From: an uncultured virus (IMG/VR IMGVR_UViG_3300017733_000002)
Lineage: Duplodnaviria > Heunggongvirae > Uroviricota > Caudoviricetes
Reading direction: 5' to 3' (one strand)
Virus record (IMG/VR): IMGVR_UViG_3300017733_000002
DNA: 64,000 bases
Part shown: one piece after another, positions 1-8,842 of the stretch
Layout of the letters: every line of letters starts with the position of its first letter
Numbering within the stretch: position 1 is the stretch's first letter
The notes under the pieces: model-generated
What the model was told of the DNA's origin: nothing
The model's database searches: none
The model's input: only the letters and a program-made list of their open reading frames with translations
Made by a program: the position numbers and the translations under genes

Positions 1-942
1 AAAGTTATTCCTGGTCTGATCCCTACATTTGATGTTGCTTTGGCAACTGCATTTGAAAAGCATGCACACAGAATTGACTGGGACAATGAAGAATGGTTCT
101 ACTCACGTAAGCTAGATGGTGTCAGAGTTATTTGTAGAATTGAAGATCGTCAGATTAAATTCTTCTCACGTCAAGGCAAAGAGTTTCATACACTAAGCAA
201 TGTTGCTGCAGATCTTAGCGATCATGTACTAGCTACTGATAATATTGTATTAGATGGCGAGTTATGTATTGTTGATAAAAACGGTGATGAAGACTTCCAG
301 TCAGTTATCAAAGAGATCAGACGCAAAGATCACACAATTAACAGTCCTCGTTTTAAAGTATTTGATTGCTTGACTACTGAAGAGTTCGATTCATGCACTA
401 GTGAAAGAACAATGATGGAAAGATGGACATGGTTTATGAGAACACTCGGACAAGAATGCTTAATCAATGATGCATTCTCTATCGATCCTGTTACACATAA
501 TACAGTTATTAATGAAGAAGATGTACTAAGCATCTTAGATGTTGCTGATGAAGCAGGATGGGAAGGTATCATGCTTCGTAAAAACACTACTTACAAAGGC
601 AAAAGATCAAATGATATTCTTAAATGTAAGAAATTTATTGATGATGAATATATCGTTAAAGACATTGAGACTGGTCCATTTAGAATTATCGACAAAGGAA
701 CAGGGCTTGAAACAGAAATCATGACAATGACAAATGTTATTATCGAGCACAAAGGAAATCCAGTGTCTGTTGGATCTGGATTCTCAATAGGTGATAGACA
801 GGTTTATTTCAATGATCCTAGCAAAATCCTCGGCAAAGAAATTACTGTTCAGTACTTTGAAGAGTCTCAGGACAAGACAGGTAAATTCTCATTAAGATTC
901 CCTGTCTGTAAAACAGTTTATGAGAACGGCAGGCAAGTATGA
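1..942 (+). CDS. lig: ATP-dependent DNA ligase (5'-truncated by the window edge)
   Basis: KLDGVR adenylation motif, LDGE, EGIMLR, K.KKF and an OB-fold ending VGSGFS...SLRFPV. The frame is open from base 1 (KVIPGLIPTFDVALA), so the true start lies upstream. Confidence 0.95.
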   Translation, partial: KVIPGLIPTFDVALATAFEKHAHRIDWDNEEWFYSRKLDGVRVICRIEDRQIKFFSRQGKEFHTLSNVAADLSDHVLATDNIVLDGELCIVDKNGDEDFQSVIKEIRRKDHTINSPRFKVFDCLTTEEFDSCTSERTMMERWTWFMRTLGQECLINDAFSIDPVTHNTVINEEDVLSILDVADEAGWEGIMLRKNTTYKGKRSNDILKCKKFIDDEYIVKDIETGPFRIIDKGTGLETEIMTMTNVIIEHKGNPVSVGSGFSIGDRQVYFNDPSKILGKEITVQYFEESQDKTGKFSLRFPVCKTVYENGRQV

Positions 943-1031
943 TCGAATCAATTGTGATGATGATGCTCATGCTGCTTGGCGGAATGACAACTTTAATTTT
1001 TATAATAATGAAAGAAAAGGAAAATAAATGA
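939..1031 (+). CDS. 30-aa hydrophobic membrane peptide
   Basis: MIESIVMMMLMLLGGMTTLIFIIMKEKENK, with ATGA overlaps to both neighbouring genes. Confidence 0.55.
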   Translation: MIESIVMMMLMLLGGMTTLIFIIMKEKENK

Positions 1032-1243
1032 AATACTACATCGCAACAGTTGTACAGGAAATAGAAATTCCTGTTGGCAACAAAGGCAATACTAAAATCA
1101 AAAAACTAAAAGAAGAAATTCTTGTAGGTGAAGCAACATCAGTATCAGTTGTTGAAAACAAAGTCGGTGAGATGATGACTGCAAATCCGAATGATTGGGA
1201 ATTAACTTCAGTAAGAGAATCGAGAATCGTAGACGTTATATGA
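1028..1243 (+). CDS. hypothetical protein
   Basis: 71-aa ORF with an AAGGA RBS and ATGA coupling to its neighbours. Confidence 0.7.
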   Translation: MKYYIATVVQEIEIPVGNKGNTKIKKLKEEILVGEATSVSVVENKVGEMMTANPNDWELTSVRESRIVDVI

Positions 1244-1662
1244 TAAAAGTTCGCAATTTCAGACTTTTGCAGGATATATATAAAAATGACCCGTGGAAAA
1301 TGTTGGTCTGTTGTATAATGCTTAACTTAACAACTAGAAAACAAGTCGATAAAATTCGACACAAGTTATTTAAAAAATATCCCAATCCTAGAGACTTGGC
1401 TAACGCAGCTGTATCAGAACTTTCTAAAATGCTAACACCATTAGGTATGCAAAATAAGAGAGCAGTTACACTAATTCGTTTTAGCTTAGAGTATCTTGAC
1501 GGATTTAGTGATCCTTCTGAATTGCACGGAATTGGTAAGTATGCAAAAGATTCGTGGGAAATCTTTCAGCATAATAATTTTAATGTGCAGCCTAATGATA
1601 AGGTCTTGAATCTTTATTTGGCAACTGCACTAGAACAACAAACACAATTAGGGAGAAGCTAA
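1240..1662 (+). CDS. MBD4-like HhH-GPD DNA glycosylase
   Basis: LLQDIYKNDPWKMLVCCIMLNLT, LG...RA, HhH motif LHGIGKYAKDS and catalytic Asp in P.DKVL. Start placed at the ATG at 1240, which overlaps the upstream stop. Confidence 0.85.
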   Translation: MIKVRNFRLLQDIYKNDPWKMLVCCIMLNLTTRKQVDKIRHKLFKKYPNPRDLANAAVSELSKMLTPLGMQNKRAVTLIRFSLEYLDGFSDPSELHGIGKYAKDSWEIFQHNNFNVQPNDKVLNLYLATALEQQTQLGRS

Positions 1663-1666
1663 AAAT

Positions 1667-2608
1667 ATGGCACTAGGTTATGCATGCATTAATATGCAAC
1701 TCAGTTATCCGCAACAGTACGGTGGAAAAGAAAAAGGTGTAGAACGGATAACAACCGGGCGAACAATGATCAAACGTACTTTCGAATCGAAAGGTACAGA
1801 TTATGCGTCTGAGATTATACTAAAAAACGTCAGAGATCTGGACAAGATTATCGAGTGGAACATAGAGCAAGGTTATGAGTTATTTCGCATCTCATCTTCT
1901 ATGATCCCTTGGAAGTCCGAATATAAATGGGGCCAACTTAAAGACCTAGAGGAAATTAAGTTTTGGCTAAAATCTGGCGGAGAGAAAGCGACTAAAGGTG
2001 GCCTTAGGCTTACAACACATCCGGGACAATTCAATGTTCTTACATCACCGCATGAGCACGTAGTACAGAACTGCATCAACGACTTAACGATCCACGGCGA
2101 AGTATTCGATATGATGGGATTGTCTCGGACTCCCTACAATAAAATTAATATTCATGCTGGAGGCGTTTATGGTGAAAAAGAAAATGCACTAAACAGGTTC
2201 GTTAAGAACTTCGAACGTCTACCAGATTCAGTTAAAACCCGTCTTACTGTCGAAAACGACGATAAGGCAACATGTTACTCAGTGGAGGATCTATATCATG
2301 GAGTATACCGTCGTATTGGCTTGCCCATCGTGTTCGACTATCATCACCACAGGTTTTGCCCTGGCGATCTTACCGAGCGCGATGCCGTTAAGCTGGCTGC
2401 GTCGACTTGGCCGAAAGGCATCAAGCCTTGTTTCCATTATTCGGAATCTAGGAGTGAAGAAAAAGGCGACCCTAAAATAAAACCACAAGCGCATTCTGAC
2501 TACGTATATCAGTACATCGATACTTATGGTTACGATGTTGATATCGTAGTCGAAGCGAAACACAAGGAGTTGGCAGTTGAGAAATATCATCAGATACATG
2601 GTAGATAG
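1667..2608 (+). CDS. uvsE: UV damage endonuclease
   Basis: LGYACIN, FRISS, HPGQF, NIHAGG, ENDD, FDYHHH, HYSES, AHSDY and EAKHKE motifs. Confidence 0.95.
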   Translation: MALGYACINMQLSYPQQYGGKEKGVERITTGRTMIKRTFESKGTDYASEIILKNVRDLDKIIEWNIEQGYELFRISSSMIPWKSEYKWGQLKDLEEIKFWLKSGGEKATKGGLRLTTHPGQFNVLTSPHEHVVQNCINDLTIHGEVFDMMGLSRTPYNKINIHAGGVYGEKENALNRFVKNFERLPDSVKTRLTVENDDKATCYSVEDLYHGVYRRIGLPIVFDYHHHRFCPGDLTERDAVKLAASTWPKGIKPCFHYSESRSEEKGDPKIKPQAHSDYVYQYIDTYGYDVDIVVEAKHKELAVEKYHQIHGR

Positions 2609-2699
2609 AATAAAACTTTCGATTATGCTTTTTTTGTATGGTAGGCACTTAAAGAAGAGATTTGAAAAAAATGACTTTGGCAGGAGGCCAGAATACTAA
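2598..2699 (+). CDS. 33-aa hypothetical peptide
   Basis: MVDRIKLSIMLFLYGRHLKKRFEKNDFGRRPEY; tiles the gap after uvsE. Confidence 0.35.
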   Translation: MVDRIKLSIMLFLYGRHLKKRFEKNDFGRRPEY

Positions 2700-2777
2700 A
2701 TGATTTTAATAGGTTTTTTTATAATTTGTATCGCTGGAATCTTTGGGGTACTAAAATACTATAAGGTAGGAGAATAA
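2700..2777 (+). CDS. 25-aa membrane peptide
   Basis: MILIGFFIICIAGIFGVLKYYKVGE with an upstream AGGAGG. Confidence 0.5.
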   Translation: MILIGFFIICIAGIFGVLKYYKVGE

Positions 2778-2778
2778 T

Positions 2779-2901
2779 ATGGACTTAAATGCACTTAACA
2801 CAATAGGATATTTTGAGATAATGGAGATCTCGCTTTACCTGGCTGTAATGTATACAGGTAAGAGTTTTATAGACGAATTTTTTAACAGGAGGCTAAAATG
2901 A
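2779..2901 (+). CDS. 40-aa hypothetical peptide
   Basis: AGGAG RBS; MDLNALNTIGYFEIMEISLYLAVMYTGKSFIDEFFNRRLK; ATGA overlap with thioredoxin. Confidence 0.55.
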   Translation: MDLNALNTIGYFEIMEISLYLAVMYTGKSFIDEFFNRRLK

Positions 2902-3143
2902 AAACAGCAAAGTATTTTAGTGCTACGTGGTGTGGACCTTGTAAACAATTCAAACCTATAATGCAAGAGTTATCAGATGAAGGATATAATATAGAGTTCA
3001 TAGATGGTGATGAGAATAGACAAATGGCTATTGATGCTAATATTCGTTCAGTACCAACAACGCTTATTATGGATGGTGACGAAGAAGTAAATCGTATTGT
3101 AGGAATTAAAAGTAAAGAAGAAATGATCAAGGAGTTATCGTAA
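2898..3143 (+). CDS. trx: thioredoxin
   Basis: FSATWCGPCK active site and cis-Pro motif SVPT. Confidence 0.92.
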   Translation: MKTAKYFSATWCGPCKQFKPIMQELSDEGYNIEFIDGDENRQMAIDANIRSVPTTLIMDGDEEVNRIVGIKSKEEMIKELS

Positions 3144-3736
3144 TGGTATTAGACAGTTTATTAGCAGGTGTAATGTTATTTAGTTCATTCGCGGCAAGGA
3201 CACCAAATACACAGCCAAACCCAGATGATTATGAGGTTAGTATTGGAATAAGCAATGATAATTTTTATGCTAACAGACAGTGGGAAAGAGAACTTGGTGA
3301 GTTCTACATAGATGATTTGTTTTGGTATAAGTTTGACAATGGCATTTATTTTAAACCTGAGTATATGGACAAGCAAAGCCAAGATGTAAGGTATCTCAAA
3401 ATTGATGCAAGAAGAAGTTACAAAAACATGTCATTCGGCTTTACCAGCCGTAATACAAACGAAAATCTATTCAGTAGCAACTTTGTAACATTCATATCTT
3501 TTGGTGTGTCTAAAAAGAAAGCGTATTACAATAATAAAATAGAAGTTGATGTTTCTTTTGATGGCTACTTACCTCCAAGTGAAGAAGACGGTAGAGATAC
3601 ATTTGAATTTGAAGACAAGTTTAAAGTATCTTACAAGCTTACTGAAAAAATTAGGTTGTATAATGTAGGCGAAATATCCAAACTTCAAGGCAAAGAATTT
3701 TATAAAGCTAAAATAGGAATTGAGGTAAAAATATGA
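3143..3736 (+). CDS. putative outer-membrane beta-barrel / secreted protein
   Basis: Signal-like N-terminus, alternating aromatic/hydrophobic strands and C-terminal KAKIGIEVKI. Confidence 0.5.
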   Translation: MVLDSLLAGVMLFSSFAARTPNTQPNPDDYEVSIGISNDNFYANRQWERELGEFYIDDLFWYKFDNGIYFKPEYMDKQSQDVRYLKIDARRSYKNMSFGFTSRNTNENLFSSNFVTFISFGVSKKKAYYNNKIEVDVSFDGYLPPSEEDGRDTFEFEDKFKVSYKLTEKIRLYNVGEISKLQGKEFYKAKIGIEVKI

Positions 3737-4266
3737 AGCAAGCAATAGCAATAGCTGCATGTAGCTTATTTTGCTTTACGTCAGGACTGTATCTTGGTGT
3801 ACAAAAAGCAAATGATCGTGTAGCAGAATTAGGTGAACAATACAAGAAGACTGATGAAAAAGTCGCAGTGTTTACAGACTTAAACAACCCAAAAACAATA
3901 CAGAGCTATGTCACACAGTTGAGAAAAATACTAGATGATATTACATTCCTGGGTAAACTTATAGAATCTGGTCAGATTGCAGATGAAGCATTAGCACAAA
4001 TGAAAAAAGATATAGATGCAAAATTAAATATAATGGTAACGATAGATGATTTTGCATCATCAGTTAACTTTACACAAACACGAATGGCACAAATTGGTGT
4101 AGACCTTGACGATCTATACGATATAACAGAAGACATAGATGACAAGGCTGATAAGTCTGATAAGAAGATTAATAAACAATTAGATGTTATTCAAAAAGAA
4201 CTAGATGAAGTCAAAGATCTTCTTAAAACATTTAATAAAAAGAAATTCTTTCACACACACAAATGA
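3733..4266 (+). CDS. membrane-anchored coiled-coil protein
   Basis: N-terminal hydrophobic helix followed by heptad-rich helical body. Confidence 0.6.
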   Translation: MKQAIAIAACSLFCFTSGLYLGVQKANDRVAELGEQYKKTDEKVAVFTDLNNPKTIQSYVTQLRKILDDITFLGKLIESGQIADEALAQMKKDIDAKLNIMVTIDDFASSVNFTQTRMAQIGVDLDDLYDITEDIDDKADKSDKKINKQLDVIQKELDEVKDLLKTFNKKKFFHTHK

Positions 4267-4430
4267 GACAAGCAACGTTTAAATCACTATGGGTAGCAGT
4301 TAAAGATTTGTTATATACAATATTTAGCAGCTTATATACTGGAGTGTTGGATACTGATGTAAAACTTGACGTAGACTTAAAAGAAGAAGATGTAGAAATG
4401 CCAGACCCTGACGAGCACTTGGGAATATAA
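4263..4430 (+). CDS. 55-aa hypothetical protein
   Basis: MRQATFKSLW...DEHLGI; ATGA overlap and fills the gap exactly. Confidence 0.5.
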   Translation: MRQATFKSLWVAVKDLLYTIFSSLYTGVLDTDVKLDVDLKEEDVEMPDPDEHLGI

Positions 4431-4431
4431 C

Positions 4432-5052
4432 ATGAGTAAAATAGTAAAAAAAGAAGATGGTGGAATAGTATGCGATCACTTCATTGATGATCCTATAGTA
4501 ATGTATTCAACAGGTAAACTAGAATACACACAAGAATCTGAAATATTTATTGGTGAAATAAAAGATCCCGAAATGGATAAGCTGCTTATTGAAGATATAG
4601 AAGCGCAGGGAGATAGGCAAAATCATGGAAGCAATGTAAAAGCACAAATGACTCAGTGGTACAGAGGAAAGATACCAGGTTATAGAAAGTTAGCACAGAT
4701 AGTTTTATCATGTGCTATTGATGCGATGTCACCAAACTTTGAGAATCCTGTGATGTCTGACATGTGGGGTACAAAATATCTGTCTGGTGAAGAGGCAATA
4801 CAACATCATCACTATCCTGCTGCACTTTCTTTTTGTTATTACATTACAGCGGACAAAGATCATCCAGGAATACATTTTCCAGGTTTCAATAGAAGATATG
4901 ACATATTTCCTGGAATGTTGATATTATTTCCAGGTTGGGCACAACACTTTGTGCCTTCACAAAAATTTAAAAATCCACGATATATCTGTGCTGGAAATAT
5001 GCATCATAACATTAACAAAGATATGTTGTTTACAGTAGGAGTTCCAAAATGA
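4432..5052 (+). CDS. 2OG-Fe(II) oxygenase family protein
   Basis: H.H..A.LSFCYY, PGMLILFPGW..H.V and RY..AGN match the phage 2OG-Fe(II) oxygenase pattern. Confidence 0.85.
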   Translation: MSKIVKKEDGGIVCDHFIDDPIVMYSTGKLEYTQESEIFIGEIKDPEMDKLLIEDIEAQGDRQNHGSNVKAQMTQWYRGKIPGYRKLAQIVLSCAIDAMSPNFENPVMSDMWGTKYLSGEEAIQHHHYPAALSFCYYITADKDHPGIHFPGFNRRYDIFPGMLILFPGWAQHFVPSQKFKNPRYICAGNMHHNINKDMLFTVGVPK

Positions 5053-5414
5053 ACTTAGAATATAATCTATTCACAAAACTTATAACGTACTTAGTGTTCG
5101 GAAACATTATGGCGTGGTACCAATTACAGGGACAGTTTCTAAGCAATCCATTTTTTAAGCAGCTATTTTCAAAAGATTTAGCTGTTGTAGTTTTAGGCCT
5201 TCCGATCGGGTGGCTTTTTTGGAGATCAGCAACACTATCATATGAAATTTTTGGTGGAGTTTGGAATGTTAGACTTATTGGATTTGGTGTAGGCACACTT
5301 GTATTTGGAATAATGACAATGTTAATTTTAAAAGAGTTGCCGTCTTGGCATACTGTAATATCAATCGTATTAGCTGCAGCAATTATCATGTTACAGCTGG
5401 CAAACATAAAGTAA
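5049..5414 (+). CDS. 4-TM membrane protein (SMR/DMT-like)
   Basis: Four hydrophobic helices in 121 aa with a LKE.P loop before the last helix. Confidence 0.55.
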   Translation: MNLEYNLFTKLITYLVFGNIMAWYQLQGQFLSNPFFKQLFSKDLAVVVLGLPIGWLFWRSATLSYEIFGGVWNVRLIGFGVGTLVFGIMTMLILKELPSWHTVISIVLAAAIIMLQLANIK

Positions 5415-5423
5415 GGAGTAGTT

Positions 5424-5711
5424 TTGGAATATAATAAATTATCAGGATATGATAAGTTCATACTGTTAACAGAGCAAGCAAGAGGGTTAAGTGCATCTTT
5501 AACAACTTATTTAGAATTTCAGAAGGTAGAGAAGATTTTAGAACTCTGTTCAAGGAGTGATGCTTCTACTATTTACTGGGATGGCAAAGATGTAGAAAAG
5601 CCTATTAAGCGAGGCGAAGCAGAAAAAATCATGACAAAATTAGAAAAGAATAAATTTGACCGCGGTGTGTTTATTGTAGCTAGACGCATGAATGTTGAAT
5701 TAAGAGTATGA
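5424..5711 (+). CDS. hypothetical protein
   Basis: TTG start with TAAGGAG RBS. Confidence 0.65.
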   Translation: MEYNKLSGYDKFILLTEQARGLSASLTTYLEFQKVEKILELCSRSDASTIYWDGKDVEKPIKRGEAEKIMTKLEKNKFDRGVFIVARRMNVELRV

Positions 5712-5790
5712 CAAAATGTCATACGTCAAAACCAATTAAAATAAAAAGGATGTCATTATGACATACGGAGAGGTTTGGCACACTTTTTTC
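5706..5790 (+). promoter_or_regulatory. two palindromic operators plus a sigma54-like element upstream of hsp20
   Basis: GTATGACA-aaa-TGTCATAC (5706-5724), ATGTCA-tta-TGACAT (5750-5764) and TGGCAC-N5-TTTC (5776-5790). Confidence 0.6.
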
Positions 5791-5863
5791 TCTATACTAT
5801 ATGAGAACGCTAAATGGTTAGGTTCTCAAGTTAGTTCATAAGAATAACATAAGGAGAAAAATA

Positions 5864-6334
5864 ATGAGCTTAGTAAAATACACCAGTTTTCCTGGAATAT
5901 CAAGAGACAATTTCTTAACACCATTCGATAAACTGTTTGACAGTATGTTCGAAGAAACTTACCCTGAAGTGGCACAAACTGTAGGAGTTAATCCATTTTC
6001 AGGCGCTGCTTATCCGAAAGTAAATGTATACGAGTACGATGACAAAGTTGGTGTTATGGCAGAGATTCCTGGAATAGACAAGAAGAATATCAACATACAT
6101 GTTGAAGAAGGTGTTCTCACGATTAAAGGGGATAAGCATGGTTTCGATGAAGACTCGAATGCTACAGTTCTTAGAAGAGAATTAAAACATTCTGCATTCG
6201 AAAGAAAGTTTACCCTTGGCGAGTTCCTTGACGGGGACAACATAAAAGCTAATTTTAAAGACGGGCTTCTCTCAATCGAGATACCAAAGATTGAGCCAGA
6301 GAAACCTAAAAAAACGTCGGTTAAAATAAGCTAG
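5864..6334 (+). CDS. hsp20: small heat shock protein (Hsp20/alpha-crystallin)
   Basis: YPKVNVYE, AEIPGI, GVLTIKG, FERKFTL and ANFKDGLLSIEIPK. Confidence 0.95.
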   Translation: MSLVKYTSFPGISRDNFLTPFDKLFDSMFEETYPEVAQTVGVNPFSGAAYPKVNVYEYDDKVGVMAEIPGIDKKNINIHVEEGVLTIKGDKHGFDEDSNATVLRRELKHSAFERKFTLGEFLDGDNIKANFKDGLLSIEIPKIEPEKPKKTSVKIS

Positions 6335-6340
6335 GTTACG

Positions 6341-6538
6341 ATGAGCAACCGGATCATCAACGCTGGGGGTGTTATGTACTATGTGAAGGGTACACAAAGC
6401 ATGGCCAGCGTTGATGTGAAGGGAATCGAATACTGGAAAAAATGCTGGAGATCAGATCACGTACTTAAGAATCATGATACATATTATTTCTGCAACGAGA
6501 TACTTATAGCTGAACACCAAGACATCAAGGTGAATTAA
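6341..6538 (+). CDS. hypothetical protein
   Basis: 65-aa ORF within the operon. Confidence 0.6.
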   Translation: MSNRIINAGGVMYYVKGTQSMASVDVKGIEYWKKCWRSDHVLKNHDTYYFCNEILIAEHQDIKVN

Positions 6539-6540
6539 TC

Positions 6541-7464
6541 ATGGAATTTATAAACTCTAAAATATTTCCTTATATTGTAGCAACTGCTGCTGGTGCTGTA
6601 GCATTCAGTGCAGCATTTTTCTCTGTATTCGGATTATCAAAATTATTTGCCGGCGCACAGACGAGTGTGGTGATCATGGCTGGAAGCCTTGAATTTGCTA
6701 AATTAGTAACTGCCTCGTTTCTTTACAGATACTGGAAGACGGTACCCGCGTTCTTGAGAACCTATTTACTCGTCGGCACAATTGTTCTTATTATGATAAC
6801 TTCTGCTGGTATATTTGGCTATCTGTCAAATGCATATCAAGGAGCTACAACTGGATTCGAAAAGCAATCAACATCACTGATCTTCAAAGAAGACCAATTA
6901 CAACAGGTGAAGGATGATCAGATTTTTCTAAAACAAGAAATGGAAGATGCTATTAAAGAATTGCCAGATAATTACAGAACAGCAAGAAAGAAACTTAGAG
7001 AAGATTATCAACCACAGATTAACGAACTAAACGTTAAATCGCTAGAATTAAAGCAAGAGATAGGTGATCTTAAGATTGCATTGGTTGAAACAGGTGTTGA
7101 TGTCGGGCCAGCGATTTATTTAGCAAGGGTATTTAACACAGAAATAGACACAGTTGTAAAATTCTTTATATTCATATTAGTGTTTGTATTTGATCCACTA
7201 GCTGTATCACTAGTAATAGCAGCAAGCATGGCATTTGAATTAGCAGCTACACCTATTAGGCCGAAAGAAATAATTGATGGAGGTGTTTATGATGATCCAA
7301 AACCTAAAAATAAAAAGGGAATGAAATGGTGGGAATTCTACAAAGACAAAAGGGAACCAACTCCTGATGTTGAGGAACCTGAAATAATTGAAGAACAAGA
7401 ACAGCCACCAGTTATTAAGTCAGCACCGGAGAAGGGTGCTGTGTTTCCAAACGAAAAAAAGTAA
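6541..7464 (+). CDS. multi-pass membrane protein with coiled coil
   Basis: Three N-terminal TM helices (SVFGL, LEFAKLV, TSAGIFGYLS), a coiled coil, then the VFDPLAV TM region. Confidence 0.75.
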   Translation: MEFINSKIFPYIVATAAGAVAFSAAFFSVFGLSKLFAGAQTSVVIMAGSLEFAKLVTASFLYRYWKTVPAFLRTYLLVGTIVLIMITSAGIFGYLSNAYQGATTGFEKQSTSLIFKEDQLQQVKDDQIFLKQEMEDAIKELPDNYRTARKKLREDYQPQINELNVKSLELKQEIGDLKIALVETGVDVGPAIYLARVFNTEIDTVVKFFIFILVFVFDPLAVSLVIAASMAFELAATPIRPKEIIDGGVYDDPKPKNKKGMKWWEFYKDKREPTPDVEEPEIIEEQEQPPVIKSAPEKGAVFPNEKK

Positions 7465-7470
7465 AAATAA

Positions 7471-7502
7471 TCCTTTACTTTTACGCAGAAAATGTTTAGA
7501 TT
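7471..7502 (+). promoter_or_regulatory. sigma70-type early promoter, copy 1
   Basis: TTTACT-N17-TAGATT with an A-rich UP element; near-identical copy at 10727. Confidence 0.7.
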
Positions 7503-7529
7503 AGAGTATCAAATAAAGAGGTTATATTA

Positions 7530-8021
7530 ATGGCAACTAAAAGAAGAAGAAAAGTTAAAAAGAGAGATTACAATCCAGATCTTGCGCAATCACTAGTTTG
7601 GACTATGTGTTCAAATGAAGGATGTGGCATAGAAGAAAAAGTTCCGGAAGGTGATGGTTTAACATGCTCAACATGCACACAGATGAAAGCAATAAGTTTA
7701 CTTTCTGAAACAGAAAGAAAAAGTTTATTTGGGTCAGCTCAAACAAACAAAGGTTTATCCAGACCTAGAGGATGGAGATGGCTTGCAGAATTTGTTGATA
7801 GTGACGGCAATGTATTTGTTAAGGGCAAAGAAATGCCAGAACTAAAGGGAACACTTCCAGTAACAGATGTTGCAGCAATTAAAGCTAGACAAAAAGCAAA
7901 TAAAGAAAAACGTAAAATTGCTGATAACAAGAATTTGTTAAAGATGGCAGCAGAAAAGAAGGAATTGAAAAAAGCAATTGAAGCTCAGAAAGATTTCTTA
8001 GATCATAAGGCAGGTAAGTAA
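7530..8021 (+). CDS. Zn-ribbon-containing basic protein
   Basis: CSNEGC...CSTC followed by RPRGWRW..EFVD.DGNVF.KG.E.P.LKGTLP. Confidence 0.7.
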   Translation: MATKRRRKVKKRDYNPDLAQSLVWTMCSNEGCGIEEKVPEGDGLTCSTCTQMKAISLLSETERKSLFGSAQTNKGLSRPRGWRWLAEFVDSDGNVFVKGKEMPELKGTLPVTDVAAIKARQKANKEKRKIADNKNLLKMAAEKKELKKAIEAQKDFLDHKAGK

Positions 8022-8203
8022 TGGATAGAAAAACACAGTTAAAGAACCAAAGCGATTTCTCAATCTATGGTGTATTTAGATTTACGGCATATCTCGTATC
8101 TTCTATCGCATTGTATATGGGTAACTTTCAAATAGCTGGAATAGCATTGGGCTTTGGTGCTACATTAGGTTTCATTCGTAGAATAGCAAGGATATGGGAA
8201 TAA
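8021..8203 (+). CDS. small 2-TM membrane protein
   Basis: Hydrophobic 60-aa ORF with TAATG coupling. Confidence 0.6.
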   Translation: MDRKTQLKNQSDFSIYGVFRFTAYLVSSIALYMGNFQIAGIALGFGATLGFIRRIARIWE

Positions 8204-8385
8204 TGACTAAAGCAAAATGGTTAGAAGAAAAAGTTATGTGTGATGAATGGGGTCGTCCGCCAAGTTTGGCTGATGTTCCTCTAACAATAATGAAAAGAAA
8301 AGATGCACTCATCGCACAGGGTGGTGACACAAAATCAATCAATGAGTTATACAAGGAGGTCATGAAAAATGGCAAAGAAAAGTAA
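8194..8385 (+). CDS. hypothetical protein
   Basis: ORF in an overlapping gene string. Confidence 0.6.
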   Translation: MGIMTKAKWLEEKVMCDEWGRPPSLADVPLTIMKRKDALIAQGGDTKSINELYKEVMKNGKEK

Positions 8386-8554
8386 AATAGAATGGAATGG
8401 GTATAAAAACTATACCTACTTAGAAGGCAGCGGAAAAGATGCAAAGCCTGTAAAATTTTTAGCACGTGATGATGAAGATGCACAGCTTTATATTAATAAG
8501 GTTGGAGCAACATCTTGGATGAAACCAACAGACTTAAAAAAAGTTAGTGCCTAA
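8369..8554 (+). CDS. hypothetical protein
   Basis: AGGAGG RBS, 61 aa. Confidence 0.65.
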   Translation: MAKKSKIEWNGYKNYTYLEGSGKDAKPVKFLARDDEDAQLYINKVGATSWMKPTDLKKVSA

Positions 8555-8684
8555 AAAGAAGGAATACTCCGACGCAGGAAAAGGAGATAAAAGTAGGGTT
8601 ACTGACAAAGAGAAGTTTGATGAAAACTGGGAAAAGATTTTTGGCAAAAGACCTAACAGGAGAAAACCATGCTCGAAAATGTAA
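8547..8684 (+). CDS. small basic phage protein
   Basis: GTG start; MPKKKEYSDAGKGDKSRVTDKEKFDENWEKIFGKR...; not in the ORF track. Confidence 0.55.
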   Translation: MPKKKEYSDAGKGDKSRVTDKEKFDENWEKIFGKRPNRRKPCSKM

Positions 8685-8842
8685 TTAGAAAAGTATTAAA
8701 GAAGTATAAAGGCAAGCAGTTGAATTTAGACTCTTCTGCTGCAATTGAAAACATAACCACAGATCTTATGAAAGCAATAGTAAATGATTGCTACTATTTA
8801 AATCTTGGCGACTTCCCAAATAACAAGTATAGAGATGACTAA
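8669..8842 (+). CDS. 57-aa hypothetical protein
   Basis: AGGAG RBS; MLENVIRKVLKKYKGKQLNLDS... Confidence 0.55.
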   Translation: MLENVIRKVLKKYKGKQLNLDSSAAIENITTDLMKAIVNDCYYLNLGDFPNNKYRDD

